From Thermodesulfobacteriota bacterium (GTDB lineage Bacteria > Desulfobacterota > QYQD01), in contig JAVHLC010000011.1 in the NCBI GenBank assembly GCA_031082315.1, positions 35,117 through 99,116 on the forward strand: a DNA stretch of 64,000 bases, read 5' to 3'. Under the pieces are notes generated by a model. It had not been told where the DNA came from and ran no database searches. It saw nothing but the letters and a program-made list of their open reading frames with translations. Below are positions 9,420 to 18,989 of this stretch, piece by piece; positions within the stretch are counted from its first letter, which is position 1; the number at the start of each line of letters is the position of its first letter. Both the position numbers and the translations under genes were made by a program.

Positions 9420-9830
9420 TTATAAAGAGAACAACAGGAGGGCTGCCAGAGAGAAGAGTACGCCCAGGGCCTGTTTCAGGGTTAAGGTCTCTTTTAGAAA
9501 TATGGCGCTCAGTAAGAGGGTAATCAGGGGATAAAGGGCGGTCATAGTGACCACCACCGATGCCTTGCCTTTAGCCAGCGCCAGCAGAAAAAAGACCGTA
9601 CCCAGGGCAGCGGCCAGTCCGGCCAGTATGCTAAAGATGATCCCCCGGGTATTTATCTCAGGGCGGAAGTCTATAGATATGAGAACGGAGAAGATTACTA
9701 TAAGGGTCCCAATGGCCTGGTAAATAAACACGCTCCTGGGAGGCAGGTAATTTGTGGCCAGTTTTGGGAAAAAGCCCCATATACCCCATAGGATTAAGCA
9801 AGCGATAGATGGCGAGAACCAGTTATGCAT
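9420..9830 (-). CDS. EamA-like (DMT superfamily) small membrane transporter
   Basis: Four hydrophobic helices of EamA-domain type. Start moved to MHNWFSPS because the upstream part of the tracked ORF is encoded by an intergenic repeat. Confidence 0.6.
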   Translation of the reverse strand: MHNWFSPSIACLILWGIWGFFPKLATNYLPPRSVFIYQAIGTLIVIFSVLISIDFRPEINTRGIIFSILAGLAAALGTVFFLLALAKGKASVVVTMTALYPLITLLLSAIFLKETLTLKQALGVLFSLAALLLFSL

Positions 9831-9863
9831 ATATAGTCGATAGTGAATAGTCGATGGTTGATA

Positions 9864-10046
9864 GCTGAAGGCTGAAAGCTCAAGGCTGAAAGCCTTAAAA
9901 CCAGAGAAACCAAAGAAAACAGAGAAACTACGGACAACGGACCACGGACAATACATACTTACCGGTAAAAAGACTTTGTTACGAAATCGTCAAGGTTGAG
10001 CCTTTAGCCTTGAGCCTTGAGCTTTCAGCCTTCAGCTTTTAGCTTT
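9864..10046. repeat. Long inverted repeat built from GCTGAAGG / GCTGAAAG word repeats
   Basis: Left arm GCTGAAGGCTGAAAGCTCAAGGCT is the perfect reverse complement of 24 nt in the right arm. Spacer is about 110 nt. Confidence 0.8.
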
Positions 10047-10062
10047 TAGCCTCTGGCTCCCC

Positions 10063-11964
10063 TCACGACACCCTCGTGCCTGCCTCTATCTCACCGTCAA
10101 CGGTCAGTACCCGGAGTCCGGAGGCATCCTTGGCAGCCAGTACCATGCCTTCCGACTGGACACCCATCAGCATGGCCGGCTTTAGATTAGCCACGATAAT
10201 AACCTTCTTGCCAATGACCTCTTCCGGTTTATAGAATTCGGCGATACCGGCTACGACTGTACGCTCCCGGTCCGCTAACACCTTTAGTTTTAAAAGTTTT
10301 TTGGACTTCGGAACCGGCTCGGCGGAGATTACTTCCGCCACCCGAAGGTCAGCTTTTTGGAAATCCGGAAAATCTATCATGGCCGTCTCGTTATTCACTT
10401 TAAGATCCCCTTTGGCTGTGTCTTCCGCTATCTTCTTTGTGGTCTCGAGGCGCGGGAAAAGAGGGTCTCCCTTTTTCAGGGTCCGGCCGGGAGAAAATAA
10501 ACCCCAGGTCATGCTGTCTGCATAGGCCGGATGCTCCGTTTCCTGATAGCCCAGGGCCGTCCTCATCTTACCCGCCGTCTCCGGGAGAAACGGTGAAAGC
10601 TGGATAGCAATCACACGGAGCGTTTCCGTAAGGTTATAAAGCACGGTGTGCAGCCGCCCTCTATCTTTTTCATCTTTAGCCAATTCCCAGGGGGCGGTCC
10701 GGACAATATATTTGTTGGCGTGATTAATTACTTCCCATATCTCCGCCAGGGCCTTATGAAAGGCGAACTCTTTTATGTGCCGGCCATAGTGTCCGGAGGC
10801 CTCGAGAGTCCGTTGTTTCAGTATTTCGTCTATCTCTTCGTTGAGTCCCGGTTGCGGAATAACGCCGTTACAGTATTTCTCAAGCATGGTCAGTGCCCGG
10901 CTGAAGAGGTTGCCCAGGTCATTGGCCAGGTCGGAGTTTCGGCGGGCGATGAGGGCCTCTTCACTGAAGGTGGCGTCGAGTCCGAAGACCATTTCCCGCA
11001 GGAGAAAGTAGCGCACCGTATCCACGCCGTAGGTCTCTGATAAATCAAGGGGCCGTATCACGTTCCCCAGGCTCTTGGACATCTTACTTTCATTTATGTT
11101 CCAGTACCCGTGGACATGAAGGCGCTGATAAGGCTGAATCCCGGCGGATTTAAGCATGGTCGGCCAGTAGATGGCATGGGGTTTGAGTATGTCTTTGGCT
11201 ATGATGTGTTCTGCCGCGGGCCAGAACTTCTGAAAATTAGCGCTGTCCGGGTAGCCGAGGCCGGAGATATAGTTTATGAGGGCATCAAACCAGACATAAG
11301 TGACAAACTGGTCATCAAAGGGCAGGGGGATTCCCCATTCCAGGCGTGAGCGCGGCCTGGAGATACAGAGGTCTTCCAGAGGCTCACTTAAAAATGACAG
11401 CGCTTCATTCCGATAGCGCTCCGGCGTGATAAACTCAGGGTGGTTTTTTATATGATCGATCAGCCAGTCCTGATACCGGCTCATACGGAAGAAGTAGTTC
11501 TTTTCCTTGACAAATACCGGCGTCACCTGGTGATCCGGACATTTACCGTCTATCAGCTCCCGTTCCAGATAGAAGCGCTCACACCCCGTACAATAAAGGC
11601 CGCCGTACTCGCCAAAATAGATATCACCTTTCTCATATACCTTATTCAGGATATGCTGAACCGCCCGTATATGGGCCGGGTCTGTGGTACGAATGAACCG
11701 GTCGGTGGCGACATTTAATCTGGGCCAGGTAGAACGGAAGATGCCGCTTATGTGGTCGGCATATTCCTTTGGAGACATCTTACGCCCGGCAGCGGCCTCG
11801 GCCACCTTATCTCCATGTTCATCCGTGCCCGTAAGGAAAAAGGTCTCGTCTCCGGCCAGACGGTGAAAACGTGTGGCCGCGTCAGCAACCAGAGTGGTAT
11901 AGGTATGTCCTATGTGCGGCTCGGCATTCACGTAATAGATGGGCGTGGTTATATAAAAGGTCAT
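10063..11964 (-). CDS. metG: Methionine--tRNA ligase with C-terminal tRNA-binding domain
   Basis: HIGH motif (PHIGHTYT) and KMSKS motif. 633 aa. Confidence 0.95.
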   Translation of the reverse strand: MTFYITTPIYYVNAEPHIGHTYTTLVADAATRFHRLAGDETFFLTGTDEHGDKVAEAAAGRKMSPKEYADHISGIFRSTWPRLNVATDRFIRTTDPAHIRAVQHILNKVYEKGDIYFGEYGGLYCTGCERFYLERELIDGKCPDHQVTPVFVKEKNYFFRMSRYQDWLIDHIKNHPEFITPERYRNEALSFLSEPLEDLCISRPRSRLEWGIPLPFDDQFVTYVWFDALINYISGLGYPDSANFQKFWPAAEHIIAKDILKPHAIYWPTMLKSAGIQPYQRLHVHGYWNINESKMSKSLGNVIRPLDLSETYGVDTVRYFLLREMVFGLDATFSEEALIARRNSDLANDLGNLFSRALTMLEKYCNGVIPQPGLNEEIDEILKQRTLEASGHYGRHIKEFAFHKALAEIWEVINHANKYIVRTAPWELAKDEKDRGRLHTVLYNLTETLRVIAIQLSPFLPETAGKMRTALGYQETEHPAYADSMTWGLFSPGRTLKKGDPLFPRLETTKKIAEDTAKGDLKVNNETAMIDFPDFQKADLRVAEVISAEPVPKSKKLLKLKVLADRERTVVAGIAEFYKPEEVIGKKVIIVANLKPAMLMGVQSEGMVLAAKDASGLRVLTVDGEIEAGTRVS

Positions 11965-12812
11965 GATGCAGGCACCTCATCCTGGGCCTTGCGTCCTTTT
12001 TCCGCCCCGGTTTCTATATCCGCAGGCGAGACTTCCATCTCGCTGCCGTCGGCCAGGGAGACAACTATAGTACTGCGGAGGGTGTTGTGCCTTATGACCC
12101 TTCCCTCACCTTGTTGCGTCTGAACTTTTCTGCCTATTTTAGGCAGGCCTTTCTTAAGTTCAGCATAGGTCTTACATTCATAAGCCAGGCAGCAGAGGAG
12201 GCGGCCACAGGCCCCGGATATCTTGGCGGGATTCAGGGGCAGGTCCTGTTCCTTGGCCATACGGATGGAGATGGGCTCAAATTCGGACAGAAAAGATGCG
12301 CAGCATAACGGAAGACCACAGTGGCCCATACCGCCCAGGAATTTGGCCTCATTTCGCACGCCGATCTGCCTCATTTCTATGCGTGTATGATATTTTTGTA
12401 CCATGGTTTTCACTAATTCCCGGAAGTCAACCCGTCCTTCGGAGGTAAAATAAAAAATTATCTTGCTGCCGTCAAAGAATCTCTCCGTGACTATCAGCTT
12501 CATAGGGAGATTCGTCTTCCGGATTTGTTCCAGACAGAAGTCCCGGGTCTCTTTTTCTTTCAAAAGATTGTCTTTATGCCGGATGATCTCTTCCTCTGTG
12601 GCCAGCCGTTCTACTTTGGGGATTCCCTCCGGCGGGGTCTCCCTTTCTATGCTTAACGGCTGGTCTATAACCATTCCTGGTTCATGACCATGTTCGGTCA
12701 TAACCATAACCGTATCGCCTTTTTTCAGATCAAAAGTGCCGGCGTCAGCATGTATTCCCCGAGTATTATCTCGGAAACGAACCGGGATCAGCTTCACTGT
12801 TTTCTCCATCAA
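11961..12812 (-). CDS. PSP1 domain protein (YaaT/RicT-like)
   Basis: PSP1 C-terminal-type Cys motif (GHCGLPLCCASF...CGRLLCCLAYE). Conserved position downstream of holB. Confidence 0.8.
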   Translation of the reverse strand: MMEKTVKLIPVRFRDNTRGIHADAGTFDLKKGDTVMVMTEHGHEPGMVIDQPLSIERETPPEGIPKVERLATEEEIIRHKDNLLKEKETRDFCLEQIRKTNLPMKLIVTERFFDGSKIIFYFTSEGRVDFRELVKTMVQKYHTRIEMRQIGVRNEAKFLGGMGHCGLPLCCASFLSEFEPISIRMAKEQDLPLNPAKISGACGRLLCCLAYECKTYAELKKGLPKIGRKVQTQQGEGRVIRHNTLRSTIVVSLADGSEMEVSPADIETGAEKGRKAQDEVPAS

Positions 12813-13813
12813 TGGGCTAGCTGCAAAAATAGATTTTCTAATATCAATTGCCGGTTATAATTCCTGGTAACGGCCTGCTCGGCGCTGTGCAGGAGTTCCA
12901 GACCATGTATAATCTCTTTCTCTGTCCATCGCCGGGCGCCTTCAAAAAGGACCTCTCTCAGGTCTTTATTTATGAGGTGTCTCTCATCCAGCCCCTGCCG
13001 TAAGAACAACGAGTCCCGGAGGCAGGTACTGAGCATGGCGATAATCTCCGGGAGCTCCTCTTTCCGTCCGGCCAGGTCTTCGGCCAGGAGCAGCAGGCCT
13101 TGCATGTCCTGCCTGGAAAGAGAGATTAATTGTATGCAGACATCCCGCCGCATCTCCATAAGCGGAGAATCGGCCAGCCTGACGGCCCTGCCCAGGCTGC
13201 CCCCGGAGAGGGAGGCCAGAAGGGCAGCCTGGGCAGGGGGAAACCTGTTATCTCCATAGGAGCAGAGATATTCGCTAATCACCTCCGGCGAGAGAGGGCG
13301 GAAGGGGACGGCCTGGCAACGGGAGACGATGGTGGGCAGAAGTTCATTTATATCCGTAGCCATCAGGATAATAATGGAGGCATCCGGCGGTTCTTCCAGG
13401 GTCTTGAGAAGGCAGTTGGCCGATTCTTTGTTTAACAGATCGGCATTGGTTATTATAACGATGCGGTAACGCCCTTCCAGGGGTTTGTATCTTAACTGCC
13501 TTTGTAAAGACCTTATCTGTTCGATCCTTATAAAGGCCCCGCTTGGTTTGATGACGACAAGGTCCGGATGGGCGCCGCTTTCCATCTTTAGACATGAGCG
13601 GCATTTACCAGCACAGGCCTCGACGCCCTGCGGTGATAGACAATTGAGGGCCCGGGCCAGGGCGCGGGCGGTCTTTTCCTTGCCGATGCCTTCGATCCCG
13701 TAAAAGAGATAGGCGTGGGCCACCTTGCCTCTCTCAAGGGAGTTTTTCAGCAATTTAATGGCCGGCTCCTGTCCCAATATCTCCGCAAACGACATACTAT
13801 TTTTTCCCGGCAT
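12809..13813 (-). CDS. holB: DNA polymerase III subunit delta'
   Basis: HAYLFYGIEGIGK Walker-like motif, Cys zinc module and SRCQ motif. Confidence 0.85.
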   Translation of the reverse strand: MPGKNSMSFAEILGQEPAIKLLKNSLERGKVAHAYLFYGIEGIGKEKTARALARALNCLSPQGVEACAGKCRSCLKMESGAHPDLVVIKPSGAFIRIEQIRSLQRQLRYKPLEGRYRIVIITNADLLNKESANCLLKTLEEPPDASIIILMATDINELLPTIVSRCQAVPFRPLSPEVISEYLCSYGDNRFPPAQAALLASLSGGSLGRAVRLADSPLMEMRRDVCIQLISLSRQDMQGLLLLAEDLAGRKEELPEIIAMLSTCLRDSLFLRQGLDERHLINKDLREVLFEGARRWTEKEIIHGLELLHSAEQAVTRNYNRQLILENLFLQLAH

Positions 13814-14867
13814 TCAATCTGTCTATCAGGCTGTAGGTCTCCCCGGCCGCCGGTTCCCGGACGCCGGTCTTTTCTTTTTCAGACTCCGGCGTTTCTTCAA
13901 GGTCTTCCTCCCCAAAGTAGATATAACGATCCAGGGGGCGGAAAAAACTACTCCAGCGGGCCGAGGGTTCCAAATGCGCCTTCTTAAGGCTTTTTATGGC
14001 GTTGACCTTGGCGTCCAGGTCGTCTAAAAGGTGCAAAACAAAGGCCTCGGCCGTCTTGGGACGCTTCGGCGATCCGGATTCGTATTCCCCGTGATGGCTG
14101 AGGATGAGGTGTTTCAAAAGCATGGCCTTATCCTCGGGAAAGTGGGGTATGGCCTCGATCTTTTCCTGTATCATCTGGGCCCCGATCACCAGATGGCCGA
14201 CCAGGCGACCCTCATCCGTATAATCAAAAAAACTGGACTCCGGCGGATAAGTGAATTCTTTTATCTTACCGATGTCGTGGAGAATGCTTCCGGTGACGAG
14301 GAGGTCTTTGTCAAGTTCCGGATAATTTTTTACTGCGCCGGTTACTAAAGTAGTCACGGATAAGGTGTGTTCCAAGAGGCCGCCCAGATAGGCATGATGC
14401 ATACGTTTGGCCGCGGGAGCCACTCTGAAACGCTGACGAAATTTTTTGTCATTAAAAAAGCCGTTTAATATCAGCATCAAATGAGGATCCCGGACGTTTC
14501 CGGCTAATTCCTTTAATTCCCGCCACATCTCTTCGCTATCTCTGGATGAAGAGGGCAGAAAGGCCGCAGCCTCCACGGCCTCCGGACTGCACGGGGTAAG
14601 GTGTATTATGTTCAACTGGGTCTGGTCACGGTAGGATTCGGCCTGGGCCTCTATAGAGATATAATCCCCTTTTTTAAAAAGGCCGTCCCTTTCCTCGCCC
14701 CTTTCCCAGACGCGGGCCTCTATCTCTCCGGTCTTGTCCGCCAGGGTAATGGCCAGATAAAATGCGCCATTTTTGGTCAAAGCGGAGGTCTTTCCCTTGA
14801 CCAGAAATATCCCGCGCACCGGGTTATTAGGCCGGATATCCTTTATGTAACTACCTTTTTTCTGCAT
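13797..14867 (-). CDS. OB-fold plus HD-domain phosphohydrolase (YhaM-like 3'-5' exoribonuclease family)
   Basis: N-terminal OB-fold region; HD motifs (HHAYLGGLLEH, LHDIGK). Confidence 0.7.
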   Translation of the reverse strand: MQKKGSYIKDIRPNNPVRGIFLVKGKTSALTKNGAFYLAITLADKTGEIEARVWERGEERDGLFKKGDYISIEAQAESYRDQTQLNIIHLTPCSPEAVEAAAFLPSSSRDSEEMWRELKELAGNVRDPHLMLILNGFFNDKKFRQRFRVAPAAKRMHHAYLGGLLEHTLSVTTLVTGAVKNYPELDKDLLVTGSILHDIGKIKEFTYPPESSFFDYTDEGRLVGHLVIGAQMIQEKIEAIPHFPEDKAMLLKHLILSHHGEYESGSPKRPKTAEAFVLHLLDDLDAKVNAIKSLKKAHLEPSARWSSFFRPLDRYIYFGEEDLEETPESEKEKTGVREPAAGETYSLIDRLNAGKK

Positions 14868-14872
14868 ATATT

Positions 14873-17851
14873 CTACCAGCGCAGGGGTCTTTGCCAGGCC
14901 TCTTTGAGCCGGGCTATGGACGCCGATACCACTATATCACCTCTCAGGCCGTTACAAATCAGGATCGGCTCTTCAGTTACCCGGCCTATGCGGGCCAGGG
15001 TTGTACCCTGCATAACAGCGCTAAACGCCTCTTCTCTGTCCGGGTGAACAGTCACCACAAAACGGCTCTGGGATTCGGAAAAGAGGAGGAAGTCATCGCG
15101 TTCTATGTCCTCTTTGGGTACAGAGGCCAGGTCGATATTCATACCCAGCCCGCCGGCGAAGGCCGTTTCCGCCAGGGCCACCCCTAATCCCCCGTCCGAA
15201 CAGTCATGGCAGGAGGCCACCAGTCCTTCACAGATGGCCCCGGTCAGCCTCTCATAGCCAGCCCTTGCGGCTGCGGCATCCACTACAGGGACATTGTTTC
15301 CTATGTAACCGTGCCGGGCGAAGTATTCCGAGCCGCCCAGCTCCGGTTTAGTGAGACCTATGACATATACCAGGTCGCCCGGCTCCTTGGCGTCCATGGT
15401 TTGCACCCGCCGGACATCGTCGATCTTTCCCAAGACAGAAAAGAGCACCGTGGGCGGGATGGATATCTTTGTATTCTCCACGATGTAGTCGTTTTTCATG
15501 CTGTCCTTGCCGGAGATGCACGGCACGCCATAGGCCGTGGTGTAATCGTACAGGGCCTGATTGGCGCGGACCAGTTGGGCCAGTTTGTAGCGGCCGTCCG
15601 GCGTCTTTTCGGATTGAATGGGATCACACCAGCAGAAGTTATCCAGTCCGGCCAGATGCCTGATATCTCCGCCGGAGGCTATGGCGTTGCGTATGGCCTC
15701 ATCAATGGCACAGGCCATCATGTGATAGGTGTCTATATCACTGTAGCGGGGACAGATGCCGTTGGCTACCACAATCCCTTCAAAAGACGAGAGCACCGGC
15801 CTGATGACCGCGGCATCGCTGGGGCCGTCTCCATTTACACCGGAAAGGGGCTTGATAACGCCTCCGCCCTGTACCTCATGATCGTACTGCCGGACCACGT
15901 ATTCTTTACTGCATATATTCAGGCGGCCGAGCATGGTCTCCAGGGTGGAAGTGAGGTCTTCTACCTCCGGAATGTCCGGTTCAGGGTATTTAGGAGGCGT
16001 CCAGACGGCCACCATTTCCATCTGGGGCAGCCCGTTGTGGACAAATTCCATATTCAGGCAGGCTACTGTCTTTCCCTCATAGGTGACCAGGAACTCCCCG
16101 TTGTCATTAAAGCGGCCCAGAACCGTGGCCTCCACGCCCATTTTTTTGGCCAGGGCCAGGAAGGCGTCTTTATTATCCGGGGGCACGGCCAGGGTCATGC
16201 GCTCCTGGGCCTCGGAGAGAAATATCTCCCAGGGGTTAAGGCCGGCATACTTGAGCGGGGCTTTTTCCAGTTGAAGCTCAAAGCCTCCACAGTCCTGGGC
16301 CATTTCGCCTACGGAGGAGGAAAGGCCGCCGGCCCCGTTATCGGTTATGCTCCGGTAAAGACACAGGTCGCGGGCTACCAGGAGAAAATCCGTCATCTTT
16401 TTCTGGGTGATGGGGTCTCCGATCTGCACCGCCGTGGCCGGTGATCCTTCATGCAATTCTTCGGAAGAAAACGTGGCCCCATGTATGCCGTCTTTACCGA
16501 TGCGGCCGCCGGTCATGACGATAAAATCTCCCGGCTCGGCTTTTTTGATATGCGAAGGCCCGCCGCATACCACGGCCGGCATGATGCCGCCTGTCCCGCA
16601 GAATACCAGCGGTTTACCCAGATAGCGTTCATCAAATACGAGGCAGCCGTTTACGGTAGGGATGCCGCTTTTGTTCCCGCCGTGTTCCACGCCTTCCCGC
16701 ACGCCCTCAAAGATGCGTTTGGGGTGGAGGAGCCGGGGGGGCAGGGGCTTATCGTAATCCGGGGGCGCGAAGCAGAAGACATCGGTATTGAAGATGAGTT
16801 TGGCCCCTTTGCCGGTGCCGAAAGGGTCGCGGTTAACCCCGACTATGCCGGTAAGGGCCCCGCCGTAAGGATCAAGGGCCGAGGGACTGTTGTGGGTCTC
16901 AACTTTAAGGGCCAGGCTCCATTCCTCGTTAAATTTGATTACGCCGGCGTTATCACGGAAGACGGAAAGGCAGAAGTCGCTTTCCCCTTTGGCCTCACGG
17001 ATCAGTTGAGTAGATGCCTTTATGTAGGTGTCATAGAGACTGTTTATGGTGACAGTCCGGCCGGTTTCGTCCGTATAGTGGATGCGGCCGTTAAATATCT
17101 TATGCTTGCAGTGCTCGGACCAGCTCTGGGCCAGGCATTCCAGCTCCACATCCGTGACCTTTTCGCCCAGACCGAGACTCCGGCGATGGGCCAGCGCCTC
17201 AGGAGAGGTGATGTAATCCCGAATGACCTTCATTTCAGCAAGGTTAAGGGCCAGTACCCGCTCGCGGCTTATGGCCAGAAGTCTTTCATCACTCACCGCA
17301 AGATCAATCTCCTCAACGGTGGGACGTGTATCGGCGACTACCCTGGGAACAAGAGGCGGCATCCCCGTGGTCTTATCCCATTCAGATCGATCCTTGATGC
17401 GGAAACTCTGGATAAGGGTGTTGGCCAGGAGGCCGGTGGCTATGCGTTCTACGTCTTTCAGGGACAGATCACCGGCGAGGGCATACTGTGTAGAGGTATA
17501 AACCCCTTCGCCCCTGTTCAATTTCCGTCCGATGGCCAGTTCAAGGGATTCCCGGGCTGTTTTCCCCTCATTATCCGTCACACCCGGCCTGAACCCCACC
17601 TCGATAAGCCAATCAAATGCATCGGCCAAGGGGCGGTCAATGGAATACTCCTGGCTGATAGAGTCACAAAAGAGCTGGCCGGCCAATTCTTCTACCAGAG
17701 TGGAGTCAACCCCGGCATCAATCGTAAATACCTTGATAGTCCGCACGGAACGGACGGGGAGGTGGATATCCTCGTTGATCCTCTTTCGGATCTTCTCCCC
17801 AAAGGCATCACGCAGTGATTTTTTGAGCATTACTTCGATGCGGTGAATCAT
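14873..17851 (-). CDS. purL: Phosphoribosylformylglycinamidine synthase, fused PurS-PurL
   Basis: 992 aa. PurS-like N-terminus followed by duplicated AIR-synthase-like PurL domains. Confidence 0.9.
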   Translation of the reverse strand: MIHRIEVMLKKSLRDAFGEKIRKRINEDIHLPVRSVRTIKVFTIDAGVDSTLVEELAGQLFCDSISQEYSIDRPLADAFDWLIEVGFRPGVTDNEGKTARESLELAIGRKLNRGEGVYTSTQYALAGDLSLKDVERIATGLLANTLIQSFRIKDRSEWDKTTGMPPLVPRVVADTRPTVEEIDLAVSDERLLAISRERVLALNLAEMKVIRDYITSPEALAHRRSLGLGEKVTDVELECLAQSWSEHCKHKIFNGRIHYTDETGRTVTINSLYDTYIKASTQLIREAKGESDFCLSVFRDNAGVIKFNEEWSLALKVETHNSPSALDPYGGALTGIVGVNRDPFGTGKGAKLIFNTDVFCFAPPDYDKPLPPRLLHPKRIFEGVREGVEHGGNKSGIPTVNGCLVFDERYLGKPLVFCGTGGIMPAVVCGGPSHIKKAEPGDFIVMTGGRIGKDGIHGATFSSEELHEGSPATAVQIGDPITQKKMTDFLLVARDLCLYRSITDNGAGGLSSSVGEMAQDCGGFELQLEKAPLKYAGLNPWEIFLSEAQERMTLAVPPDNKDAFLALAKKMGVEATVLGRFNDNGEFLVTYEGKTVACLNMEFVHNGLPQMEMVAVWTPPKYPEPDIPEVEDLTSTLETMLGRLNICSKEYVVRQYDHEVQGGGVIKPLSGVNGDGPSDAAVIRPVLSSFEGIVVANGICPRYSDIDTYHMMACAIDEAIRNAIASGGDIRHLAGLDNFCWCDPIQSEKTPDGRYKLAQLVRANQALYDYTTAYGVPCISGKDSMKNDYIVENTKISIPPTVLFSVLGKIDDVRRVQTMDAKEPGDLVYVIGLTKPELGGSEYFARHGYIGNNVPVVDAAAARAGYERLTGAICEGLVASCHDCSDGGLGVALAETAFAGGLGMNIDLASVPKEDIERDDFLLFSESQSRFVVTVHPDREEAFSAVMQGTTLARIGRVTEEPILICNGLRGDIVVSASIARLKEAWQRPLRW

Positions 17852-18078
17852 AGGCGGTAACTATAACAGACTCTATTTTTCTTTTCAAACACTTTCCCTC
17901 GCGCCCGTCTCCCGTCACTTGCGCGGGGCATGGAGGACTGAAACCCCACAACCCCCCCTTTTTGCTTGACGCCACCATCTTTTTTCTCTATGACTATGAA
18001 AAAAGACAGTCGACAGCTAAAATATAATGTTGGGCTAATCATGCCACTGTTGATACAGACACTGCGAGAGGTCCCTAA

Positions 18079-18885
18079 ATGAAAAATTATAAAGCCATAT
18101 TTGACGCTGTTGAGAAAACCCTAGTTGCGATTGGTTCACGAAATGTTCCAAGTGCAACAATTCGAGAACGGCTGGACGTTTTCAAGACTTTTGAGCAAAA
18201 GATCTTTTCGGATGGTGACTATTATGATCTCTTAGTTGCTATTCCTTTCTATGCAGGTATGCGGGCGGATGTTGTCTCCTCGAAACTCCCCACTATTCGC
18301 AGCCACTTTCCAGATTATGAAACAGTATCAGGATACACGGAGAGTAAGGTCAACGAAATTCTTAACGATCCCAGAATGATTAGACATGCAGGTAAAATAT
18401 CAGCGTGCATCAATAACGCACGAGCAGTCAAGGCCATGGTACAGAAGTATGGCTCCTTTCAAAAATATATTGATTCCTTCTCTCCGAGGCAGTCCCTCGA
18501 TAATCTCTTGCGGCTTCGAGCTGTGTTGATGCGTTCACCGTTCTCGCATTTGGGACGAGTTACTTCATACCATTTCCTCACAGACATAGGTATGCCTGTT
18601 CTAAAACCTGACCGCGTTATACAGCGCATCTTTTATAGATTAGGACTGATCCAGAGTGAGAAAGTCACAGACAAGCAACTGACGGAGACGATATTCGAAG
18701 GGCAAGCATTTGCGAAGGCAACCGGACACCCGATACGCTATATTGACGCCGTCTTTGTAGTATATGGGCAAGTCAGCCCTGAGAGTTTTGGCATACGTGA
18801 AGGCATTTGCCTGGCAAAGCGCCCCCGGTGCGAGGTATGTGGAATTCGCTCCTATTGTAATTACGAACCAAAAACGTCACGCTGA
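18079..18885 (+). CDS. HhH-GPD DNA glycosylase: Tag-like core fused to an EndoIII-type 4Fe-4S cluster loop
   Basis: MIRHAGKISACINNARA matches my recollection of E. coli Tag (IIRHRGKIQAIIGNARA). C-terminus has CLAKRPRCEVCGIRSYC, which is C-X6-C-X2-C-X5-C. Confidence 0.65.
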   Translation: MKNYKAIFDAVEKTLVAIGSRNVPSATIRERLDVFKTFEQKIFSDGDYYDLLVAIPFYAGMRADVVSSKLPTIRSHFPDYETVSGYTESKVNEILNDPRMIRHAGKISACINNARAVKAMVQKYGSFQKYIDSFSPRQSLDNLLRLRAVLMRSPFSHLGRVTSYHFLTDIGMPVLKPDRVIQRIFYRLGLIQSEKVTDKQLTETIFEGQAFAKATGHPIRYIDAVFVVYGQVSPESFGIREGICLAKRPRCEVCGIRSYCNYEPKTSR

Positions 18886-18989
18886 GAGGACTTGCTGTAT
18901 CGCATCGATAGGATAGGGGCTAACTATCCGCCTGCAGCCGACGCCAGGTAACGTGGTTGGCTTTTCCCGGAGCGCAGTTTAGGACTTTA

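Noticed and set aside
9864-10046. Word-like tandem and inverted repeats (GCTGAAAG, ACCGTTGACC and similar) as CRISPR arrays.
   Set aside because: There is no regular repeat-spacer periodicity and there are no cas genes. The units are short degenerate words forming long hairpins.
15206-17818. Long plus-strand ORFs (412 aa and 455 aa) opposite purL. Similar shadow ORFs occur opposite cimA (62736-63749), metG, EF-G and others.
   Set aside because: They are antisense shadows of strongly supported genes. They are Gly/Arg/Pro-rich with low-complexity composition and have no motifs.
17852-18078. Purine or ZTP riboswitch upstream of purL.
   Set aside because: I could not find the conserved ZTP (GGGUCGUGACUGGCG...CCGCCUGGGC) or purine-riboswitch cores on the minus strand.
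18886-18989. N-terminal half of the truncated toxin gene upstream of the left IR, which would show a clean insertion of the RAYT element.
   Set aside because: All three frames there contain stops and show no toxin-like sequence, so simple target interruption is not supported.
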